Below are positions 25,126-35,600 of a stretch of DNA of 64,000 bases, one piece after another. Source of the stretch: Malacoraja senta (lineage: Eukaryota); NCBI GenBank assembly GCA_038087875.1, contig CM075978.1:179924001-179988000 (forward strand). The letters are read 5' to 3'. A program made the position numbers and the translations under genes. The stretch's first letter is position 1; each line of letters starts with the position of its first letter. The notes under the pieces were generated by a model, which saw only the letters and a program-made list of their open reading frames with translations, searched no databases and had not been told where the DNA came from.

Positions 25126-25772
25126 AACTCTCAGTTCTTTTAAATCGGGGCTGAAGACTTTTCTGTTTGATGCTGCCTTTAATTAAATTAAATAATTATT
25201 CATTTCTTACATTGTGCTGTAACTTTTATTCTTGTATTTTATACTCGTCTTATTTTATTTTAGCTTGTTTGTATTTTCTGTTCTTTTTAATGACTGTTTT
25301 GTATTATTTTGATTGCTCTTTAATACTTTGTTGTAAAGCACTTTGAATTGCCTCGTTGCTGAAATGTGCTATATAAATAAACTTGTTTGCTTGCTCTGAA
25401 CACTACATGGAAGTCAAAATAAACAATGTCCAATATTAGCTGTTATGTACATCCTGAATAATACTCTCAATGGCAAAATTATTTTCTTTCACAAATTCAC
25501 ATTCAGATGCTGACCATGTGGAGAATGCATGTTCTCCCTGCGAGTATGTCTACTTCCCATAGACTAGTTGGTTATCTCATCGATCCTAAGCACGTCCTGA
25601 CTGGAAGGTAAATTGTTTCCTGTAAAATTGCACTGTGGGACATCACAGGAGAATCGCGATGGAGTTAATCGTCACGGGAAGGAAAAGTGGTACAAAAATA
25701 AAGGAAAGAATTGGATTTATGTGAACTGGCATAGAATCAATGACCGAAGATTTTTCTTCTGTTTCGTAGGAT

Positions 25773-27481
25773 CATAGAAACATAGAAACATAGAAAATAG
25801 TTGCAGGAGGAGGTCATTTGGCCCTGCATGTCAGCACCGCCATTCATTGTGATCATGGCTGATCATTCACAATTAGTAACCTGTACCTGCCTTCTCCCCA
25901 TATCCCTTGATTCCGCTAGCTTAGAACTATATCTCTCTTTTAAATTCATCCAGTGAATAGGCCTCTCATGCCTTCTGTGGCAGAGAATTCCACAAATTCA
26001 CAACTCTCTGGGTGAAAACGTTTTTCTCATCTCAGTCTTAAATGGCCTCCCCTTTATTCTTGGACTGTGGCCCCTGGTTCTGGACTCCCTCAACAATGGG
26101 AACATTTTTCCTGCATCTAGCTTGTCCAGTCTTTTTATAATTGTATACGTTTCTATAAGATACCCTCTCATCCTTCTAAATTCCAGTGAATACCAGCCCA
26201 GTCTTTCAAATCTTTGCTCATATGACAGTCCCGCCATCCCAGGGATTAACCTTGTGAACCGAACTCAATAGCAAGGATGTCGTTCCTCAAATTATGAGAC
26301 CAAAACTGCACACAATACTCCAGATGTGGTCTCACCAGGGCTCTGTATAACTGCAGAAGGACCCTTTTACTCAAATAAATCCTTTACCTCCTCACTCAAA
26401 AGTCACCCTGCAACCTAGCATCCTTTTCACAGTTCACATTGCCACCCAGCTTTGTGTCATCTGCAAATTTTCTAGTGTTACTTTTAATCTCATCATCTAA
26501 ATCATTAATGTATATTGTAACTAGTTGCGGCACTCCACTCGCCACTGCCTGTTATTCTTACAGGAATCTGTTTATTCCTATTCTTTGTTTCCTGTCTGCC
26601 AATCAATTCTCTATCCATGTCAATATCCTACCCCCAATACCATGTGCTCTAATTTTCCCCACTCATCTCCTGTGTGGGATCTTAGTGAAGACAGAACTAA
26701 TGTTCAACTCTTCTGTCATTTCCTTGTTCCCCATAAAAATTTCACCTGTTTCTGCCTTTAAGGGACCCACATTTGTCTTTACTGATCTTTTTCTCTTAAC
26801 ATACCTAAGTAAGCTTTTACTATCCTTCTTTATATTCTTGGCCAGCTTACCCTCGTACTTCAACTTTTCACCCCGTAATGCCCTATTTGTTACCTTCAGT
26901 TGTCCTTTGAAAGTGTTCCAATCCTCTGGCTTCTCGCTACTCTTTGCTATGTTATAACCTTTTCCTTTAGTTTTATTCCATCCCTAACTTCCTTGTCAGC
27001 CACGGTTGCCTCTTATTCCCCTTAGAATCTTTCTTTCTCTTTGGAATGAAATGATCCTGCATCTTCTGGATTATGCCCAGAAATTCCAATCATTCCTGTT
27101 CCACCGTCATTCCTGCTAGGATCCTTTTCCAGTTGACCTTGGCCAGCTCTTCTCTCATGCCTTCATAGTCCCATTTGTTTAACTGCAACACTGACACTTC
27201 TGATTTAACCTTCTCACTCTCAAATTGCAGATTAAAACATATATTATGGTCAGTACCTCCTTTACCTTGAGTTCCCTTATTAAATCTGGTTCATTGGACA
27301 ACACTAAATCCAGAATTGCCTTCTCTCTGGTAGGCTCCAGTACAAGCTGCTCTAAGAATCCATCTTGGAGGCCCTCTACAAACTCCGTTTCTTGGGGTCC
27401 AGAACCTACTTGATTTTCCCAGTCTACCTGCATATTGAAATCTCCCATAACCACAGTGGCATTACCTTTGTTACATGCCAA
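25773..27481 (-). mobile_element. CR1 LINE with several internal deletions
   Basis: (CATAGAAA)n tail; discontinuous ORF2 remnants from the C-terminus back to the endonuclease (VVMGDFN). Confidence 0.8.
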
Positions 27482-28685
27482 CAGGGCCGGATTTAGATGA
27501 AGAGAGGCCATAGGCTATTCCACTTGTGAGGCTCCTCCAAATCCCCCACCCGCATGACGAGAGGAAGATGGAAGAGTCCACCAGATTGACACCGATGTGC
27601 AGCCGAGCGTGGCCAATGAGATAAGGGCTGGAAAGCTGCGCTTTTTATTTATTGCCAGTGCTAATGTCGAGTTATCGGCTTAAAACACTATTATTTTGAA
27701 ATGGAGGGCAAGGAAAATTAGTGGTGTTGTTTAGAGACTACAGTTCGTTGTGACAGCGTATGTAAGAAAGGCCTATGACAGTCAAAAATATTATACACCA
27801 GGCCCGTACGAAGTTTTTCAAAAAGGGGGGTGGCATGGCAAGATTACAAAAGTTTAATGTGAAATAAGTGCATGCAGCGCATATCACAAGCGCGAAGCTC
27901 AAAGACCCTTGCGGCCGTGGTCCAGGGCCACTTAAGGGCCCTGGAAGATCTGGGGTTTTAGATGCTCTCTGGTGCATTCTGAGCCTTATTTTGGAGCATT
28001 TTTGCACAAAATGTATGACCAATATTTCAGAAATAATTTTGGTTGAGTCAAGAGTAATGAGTGGTTGGAATGGGATGATTGGGATCATTGTTCTATACAT
28101 TTTTTTAAATCAAGAATTGAAGCTGTCCTTGTTTTAATCATCAAGTTGTACTGTAAAATGTTATGTAAAATGTTATAAAGGAGCATGCAAACACTGCAAA
28201 TAAAATACTGTAAGTTTTTGCAGTAAATAAAACCTTTTATTAGAAAATGTTTTGTTTGTTCATTTCATTGCCTGTTACTGTTTGACTGTGTTAGTGTGTG
28301 CACATTAAAAATATGATGCAAAATGAAAGTCGCAAACTATGGAATACATGTTTTTCAGTATTGTTCTCAAGGAAAAGAAAGCGATTCCAATTGTTTGATA
28401 TTATTCATACGGAGGAGAAAATATAATTGCTCTAAAACCTACCTTAATTTTGCAATCTCACTAAAGATAATCCCCCTTTCCCTCTCCCCCTCCTCTTTCC
28501 CCCTCCCTCTCCCTCCCCCTCCACCTCTCTCTCCCTCCCCATGTCTCTCTCCCCCTCCCCTTCCCCTCTCTCCCCCCTCTCTCTCTCCCCCTCCCCTCCT
28601 CTCCCCCCTCTGTCTCAACCCCCCCTTTCCCCCTCTCACACCCCCCTCTCTCTCTCTCCCTCCCTTCCCCTCTCTCTCCCTCCCA
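27482..28685. mobile_element. Putative non-autonomous DNA transposon pieces (CAGGGCCGGATTTAG and CAGGCCCGTACGAAG starts) with CT-rich tract
   Basis: hAT-like CAGGG/CAGGC termini; 28300-28470 is homologous in inverted orientation to 48730-48890. Partner TIRs not found. Confidence 0.45.
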
Positions 28686-29153
28686 CGCAGTGAGCCTTAC
28701 AGCTTCACGGAGTTTGTACTTTCTCCCCGTGACCCGCGTGTATTTTCTCCAAGATCTTCGTTCCTCTCACGCTCCAAAGACATAGAGGTTTGAAGGTTAA
28801 TTGGCTTGGAATAAATGTAGACAGTGTCACCAGTATGTGCAGGATACTGCAGAATTCTCTGCCACAGAGGGCGGTGGAGGCAGGTTCTCTGGATGCTTTC
28901 AAGAGAGATCTAGATAGGGTCTTAAAAATAGCAGTCAGGGGATATGGGGAGAAGGCAGGAACGGGGTACTGATAGGGGATGATCACCCATGATCACATTA
29001 AATGACGGTGCTAGCTCGAAGGGCCGAATGGCCTACTCCTGCACCTATTGTCTTTTGTCCATTGTCTATTGATAGTGTCAATGTGCGGTCGTAGGTCGGC
29101 GTGGACTCGGTGGGCCAAAGAACGCTGTATCTCCAAACTAAACTGCACTAAAC
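28686..29153 (+). mobile_element. HE1-like V-SINE interrupted by a CR1 3' fragment (~28850-29070)
   Basis: V-domain-like CTCCCCGTGACCCGCGTG...CTCCAAAGAC and (CTAAA)n tail; GATA on both sides of the CR1 piece. Confidence 0.7.
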
Positions 29154-29234
29154 ATTGAGGAGGCCAAGGCTGCAGAAAGGCATTTGATACTGTTTTGCAT
29201 GGTGTCTGCTCTGGAAGGTTTGATCGCACGGCAT

Positions 29235-30680
29235 CTAGGGAGAACTAGCCGACTGGATGGAGAATGGTTTCATGGCTGTTAGACGAGGATGACGGTAGAA
29301 GTTTGTTTTTCGGACTGGAGGCCTGTGACAAATGGTGTGCCTCAGGTTTCGGAGCTTGAGGTTCATATCTATTTGTGGTTCATATCAACCATTTGGATGA
29401 GAACGTGCAAGGCATGATTAGTAGGTTTGCAGATAACACTAAAGTGAGTGGTATTGTAGATAGCGAAGACGGTTATCATACAGTAAATTGCAGTAAGATC
29501 TTGATCAGCTAATCAAGTGGGCTGAGAAATGGGTACTGGAGTTTGATGCAGATAAGTAGCAGGTGATGCATTTTGGGAAGTCAAACCAGGACAGAACATT
29601 AACAGTGAATGTGAAGACGTATGGCGCATTGGCTTTCATTAGTCAGTCCATTCAATATAGAAGTTGGGGTGTTATGTTACAATTGTACAGTGCAGTAGGG
29701 AGGCCCCATTTTGAGTATTGTGTTATGTTTTGTCACACTGATATAGGAACAATGCCGTGAAGTTGGAAGATTTACAAGTATGTTGCCCGGACTTGAGAGC
29801 CTGAGCTATAGCGCGATGTTGGGCAGTCAAAGAAGTTATTCCTTGGAGCGCAAGAGGCTGAGGGGCGATCTAGTTGAGGCGTATACGACCACGAATGGAG
29901 CAGATAGGTGAACACACAGTCATTTACCCAGGGTAGGGGTATTCAGTACCAGACCACATAGGTTTAAGGTGAGAGGAGAATTATTTACTAGAAAATTAAG
30001 TGAAACGTTTTCAGCCTTGCTTTCGTGTCAGCATTTACCAATGGCGCGCTTTAGTCTCCTAATGCGAACCTCCTATATCTCTCACTCCCCCCCCCCCTTT
30101 ATTATACCTATGCTCTCGTATTCTACACGTGATAAATTCTAGATCAGCAAGTAATAACTTGAGGATGTTGGACCACATAGCCGCTGGATCCCAACAATAT
30201 ATATACGACTTCCATGCGTAGGCAATACTATTGATCATGTTCATGAAGAGTACGTATAGCATGCTTGTTAACATTGAACAGAACATTGACTGCAACATTC
30301 GGATAGTCATATTCCAGCTGTACAAGCCGTGCTGAGTTGCAGCTGGAGAATTGCGTCCATGTCTGGTGGCCCGTTAAAGGGAGGATATCACAAGGATGAA
30401 TATGAAGATGACGGAGGATATGACGATAATGCGGAAATGTTTCACAAGGATGTTACTGGAACTGGAGGCCTTGAGATACGAGAGGCTAGCTAAGATATGC
30501 ACCTCCTCCCTTCCCTGGAGTGGGGGTCTGAGAGGGATCTTATGGAGATCTATAAAATAATGAGCATAGATAAAATGGACGGCCACCTTATTTTTTGCCA
30601 GCAGAGGGGAGTCTGAAACCAGAAGATGAGTGGAAAGTGATCCTGAGGAGCAAGGTTTCACATAGCGGATGACAGACATA
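29235..30680 (+). mobile_element. Old, decayed CR1 fragments
   Basis: Degenerate FADNTKV, GRPHFEYCV and LRGDL motifs. Confidence 0.6.
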
Positions 30681-31589
30681 AGTCAAACAAGGCTTGAAAT
30701 GATCGTCATTCGGTTGCGGGCCGATGTACCGCATATTTGCAGCATTTTTGTTGTTTTCCCTTTAGATTTCCAACATCTGCTGGTGTTTTCCTTTTCTCGA
30801 AATCGTGCAGTGTGTCTGTGAAATAATAAATATCTTATGTCCCTTGCCCTCCTGCTCTTGTCGCGTATGCATATTGCTTAGAGTTAACCCATAATTAATT
30901 AAAAGCTGAGAAAAATGTATTGTGTGGATATCCATCATCATGGACGAGTCGCACCCTGGCCAATAAAAAAGGGGAGAATGCGGAGTCAAATATTTTATTG
31001 ATAAACATTATTCCAGATGCGTAAAGTTAATAAAAGTGGAATGTTCTGGCTCCGTTTTGCGCAAACTGTTCACGACACTGAAATACATCGTTCAACCTTT
31101 TTCAAGAGAGAAATAAAAATCGTAGTTTAACATGTGTTTCAATTACAGATTAAAGTGAAAGAAAATTGCCATATCATTCCCCTAATCCAATAAAACTGAA
31201 ATTGCCAGAGTGTGGAACAACCAAAGAACACATATATATTTCACACCGAGCAGACGAAATTCTTGATCACCATTTTCATATTAGATAATATGTAATCAGC
31301 AGAACGAATATTAGGCTTATGCACGTGATAATGATAGGTATTCACTCTTACAGTTTTCAAAATTATGCTTAACTCATGAATACCGCGCATTAGAAACTGA
31401 CCAGTTAATAGTTATACGAGCACAACAACCAATCAGTACTGTTTCCATAAACGATGTTTTGCACGCATACACTATTTATTCTCGTTGTTCAACCCGCCGT
31501 TAGATGATTACGTTGGTCGGTCGTTAGAGAACCGAAGATGTTCTAACGGCTGGGAATGGTTGTCTGAGCTGTGTGAAGTTGAAGGATGC

Positions 31590-32010
31590 AATGAGTCTTT
31601 CGGCGATCGTTTCGCTGAACACCTCCGCTTAGTCCGCCTTAACCTACCTGATCTCCCGGTTGCTCAGCACTTTAACTTCCCCTCCAATTCCCAATCTGAC
31701 CTTTCTGTCCTGGACCTCCTCTATTGTCAGTGAGGCTCAGCGCAAATTGGAGGAACTGCACCTCATACTTCTATAACTTCAAATAACCCTTGTTTCCCCC
31801 CTCTCTCCATTTCCTCCCCGTTCCCAGGTCTCCCACCAGTCTTACTGTCTCCGACTACATTCTATCTCTGTCCCGCCCATTCCCCTGACATCGGTCTGAA
31901 GAAAGGTCTCGACCCGTCACCCATCCCTCCTCTCCAGAGATGCTACCTGTCCCGCTGAGTTACTCCAGCACCTTCGAATTATCCCAGCATCTGCAGTTCT
32001 TTCCTACACG
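31590..32010 (+). mobile_element. Penelope-like element 3' fragment (GIY-YIG C-terminus + terminal repeat)
   Basis: GDRFAEHLRLVRLNLPDLPVAQHFN matches the PLE at 60705-61891. Confidence 0.8.
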
Positions 32011-32609
32011 ATGCAACGAGAATCCGGCTTGATCAACGCTCGGTCCCAGTGCCTCTGCCCAACCGCCCACTGAATCGCGACCGGGAACACAAGTGATCAC
32101 GGACTGACATATAAGCAGATGCTGATCGATGGAGCACACGTTCGAGTCAACAACCAGAGTATCGTGCATTTATTTTATGCAGTCTGCGAAAAAATCCTAC
32201 TTACTATTGATAAATTGATTTTGAATATCGATGACAGTCCACACGGTGCAAAAAAAATTGGTATTAACGAACTACATTGTGGACATAAATGGGGCATGTC
32301 TGCTTGAAATCTTGCCAATTTTCTGTGTCGTCATTTCTATGTCTTATATGATCGACAATTAAATTTAAGATTGAGAGTAGGAGTAAAGCACGCACTAAGA
32401 AGAATACAATTTAAATGATAATTTCCACTACTTTGCTACGTGCGGCCGATTTGATTTTAGAAGACGTTCGAAATCCAACCAGTCAAATGATATTTGCAAC
32501 CTTCGGTTACAGGATATGAATCATCCTTCATCGGCTGTAAACCACGCCCTCACTTTAAACTTTCCAACGCTGCTTTCTGCAGACAAACTAGTTGTAGCTG
32601 GTGGCCGGA

Positions 32610-32664
32610 ATGGAAACCAGTATGATATTTCACTTACTGGCAGTCGTTGGGAATATTTGCATAG
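32610..32664 (+). CDS. Gene B leader exon METSMIFHLLAVVGNICI(G)
   Basis: Signal-peptide-like, phase-1 donor AG|GTACGA, 158-bp intron. Confidence 0.85.
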
Positions 32665-35600
32665 GTACGACTTTGTTCGTTGTTCCATCTGCTTTAGCTT
32701 ATAAAATAATTTCCAACACGTTTACACCTTAATATAGCTACATGTAAGGTCGTCCCTTTTATTCTACCGTCCGTATGGCGTCATCAACATAATTACCTTT
32801 TCGTGACTGTGTTTCCTAACAGGTGGGAAACAGATTTCATACAACGTAGAGCTAGCGCCCAAAGAAGCGATTTTAATCAAAGGAGGGAACGCCACATTCT
32901 ACTGCATATTCCCCATTTCTAAAGACCAATCTCGGGTAAGAGTCAAATGGTGGAAACAGGGCGAGAACGAATACCAACGTGCAGGTACCGACGACAGGAA
33001 ACGTTTTGGCGTGAGAGTTCGAGCAAGCGGGTACTTTGAGTTGAAGAATGCAAAGATCCAAGATTCTGGAGTGTATCAGTGTTCAGTGATTCGTACAGGA
33101 ATGGCTCCAAGAAATTCAACCGGATCACGTCTAATAGTATATGGTAAGCGAAAAATAATTGGAGAAGGAAGAATTTATCATGGAATATAATGGTTTGCAA
33201 ACCGAATCACTGTGAAGATCTCCTTTAATGCCTTTTTGTGTATGTTATGTTCAGTATATCTGTTCTATCGTTCTATCTACATTCTGCTCTGCATGCCTAT
33301 CCTCCTTTATGAAATCCGGTTCCACTTCACTGATCTCGCCAAAATTGGAAACGCGATGTCCGATTATATAAAACAAATTAATATTTTTTTAATTCCTTCA
33401 AAGTTCATCATGGATCTTTAACCTATGGAAATCCAATAAGAAAATATTTCCTTGAATGTTCATTGAATTGCAGTCGGTTGAATTGTGCAACTTTGTCCAA
33501 ACCAGGATGCAATCGCTCCAGTGTTATCAGCATTAACTGAAAGTGAACAAATGCTCATGTTCTACTTCTTTAGTTGGAGAATGTTACTCAAATCATATTT
33601 TTTAAATGGCCTCGGCCAATTCACTCTGGCATCACCTAATTAATCTCCCTAAATGTTATAATTCTGACGTGAAGCGCAATGGAACTTAATACACAAAGTT
33701 CATAAATGCATGTTCATAAGTCATAGGAGCAGACTAAGACAATCCGACCCGTCGAGGCTAATGGGCCATTCAGTCATGGCTGATCAATATTTCCCTTTCA
33801 ACCTCATTTTCCTGTCTTCGCCTCATAACCTTTCACATACATACTAATCAAAACCCCGTCAATTTCAGCTTTAAAAATACAGAAGTCTTGCAAGCCACGG
33901 CCATCTGAGGTAATTAATTCCACAGTTTCATCACCCTCTGACTAAAGAAATTCCTCATTGTCTCCTTTCTAAACGAATGTCCTTTTGTTATGAGACTGTG
34001 CCCACTGGTAAGTTTCAATAAGGTCCCCTCCATATACTTCTAAACTACAGATTGTATAGGCCTAGAACCGTCAATCGCACAATGTACGTTAACCCAATCG
34101 CCCCCCTGGATAATTCTCGTAAATCTCATCTAAACTATTTTCAACGCCAGAATATCCCTCCTCAGATATGGGGGCCCAAAACTGTTTACAATACTCCAAC
34201 GCGGTCTGACCATTGCCTTATGAAGCCTCAGCATTACATCCCTGTTTTTTATTTTTTAATATTCCAGTCCTCTCTCAATAAATGCTAACGTTTTTAGTTA
34301 CCTTATGTTGGAGGTAGGTAAACATCTGTTATTGTATTGGGAAATTATGATAAAGCAATGTAAATAGACAAAAGACAATAGGTACAGGAATAGGCCATTC
34401 GGTCCTTCGGGCCAACACCACCATTCGCTGTGATCATGGCTGATCATACACCATCAGTACCCCGTTCCTGCCATCTCCCCATATCTCTTGACTCCGCTAT
34501 CTTTAATAGCTGTATCTAACTTTCTCTTGAAAGCATCCAGAAAACCGGCCTCCACTGTCTTCTGAGGCAGAGAATTCCACAGACTCACAACGCTGGGTGA
34601 AAACGTTTTTCCTCATCTCCGTTCTAAATGACCTATGCCTTATTCTTAAACTGTGGCCCCTGGTACTGGACTCCCCCAACATCGGGAACATGTTTCCTGC
34701 CTCTAACATCTCCAATCCCTTAATAGTCTTTTATGTTTCAATAAGATCCACTCTCATCCTTCTAAATTTCAGTGTATACAAACCCAGTCACTCCATTCTT
34801 TCAACATATGACTGTCCAGCCAGCCCGGGAATTAACCTTCGTCACAAAAATAGTGTCGAAATATTACCAGAGTGAAACATAAATGCTGCCACCTATTCAC
34901 ATTACAATAGCAGACGAAAAGGAAATGTATGTCTCAAGAACATTCACTTGAAAACGTTTCTAATCATAAACATGGTGGAACACATTGCTACTTGGAGTCT
35001 CAGAGTTGCACAGCACAGGAACAGCCTTCCGGTCCGCCACGTCCATCCGACCTATTTCTCCATCTATTCAAATTCAATTTACCAGCGTTAGGTCCTTATC
35101 TACTACGACTTGCCTCTTGGAATGTCTGTGAATCCCCAGGGCCTGATGGTCTGCATCCCAGGGTACTTAAGGAAATGGCTCTAGAAATCGTGGATGCATT
35201 GGTGATAATTTCCCAATGTTCTATAGACTCATGATCAGTTCCTGTGGATTGGAGGGTAGCTAATGTTATACCACTTTTTAAGAAAGGCGGGAGACAGAAA
35301 ACGGGGAATTATAGACCAGATAGCATGACATCGGTGGTGGGGAAGATGCCGGAGTCAATTATAAAAGATGATATAGCCGCACATTTGGATAGCAGTAGCA
35401 GGATCGGTCCGAGTCAGCATGGATTTACAAGGGGAAATCATGCTTGATTAATCTTCTGGAATTTTTTGAAGATGTAATTACGAAAATGGACAAGGGAGAG
35501 CCAGTGGATGTAGTGTACCTGGACTTTCAGAAAGCATTTGATAAGGTCCCACATAAGAGATTAGTGTGCAAAATTAGGGCACATGGTATTGGGCATAGAG

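Larger units (their letters stand above)
19645..25393 (+). mobile_element. L2 LINE fragment split by Rex1 (pieces 19645-20309 and 25126-25393)
   Basis: IKDWMCQNFL, LVHAFIFSGLDYCN, DHITPVF remnants; 3'UTR resumes after the Rex1 tail and ends in an (TTGC)-like tail. Confidence 0.75.

Noticed and set aside
31454-31507. MFCTHTLFILVVQPAVR as leader of gene B
   Set aside because: No phase-1 donor; a better leader exists at 32610-32664.
33082-33120. TTCAGTG just after the YxC codons of the V exon as a relic RSS heptamer
   Set aside because: Only 5/7 match, explained by Cys-Ser-Val codons; no nonamer at 12 or 23 nt.
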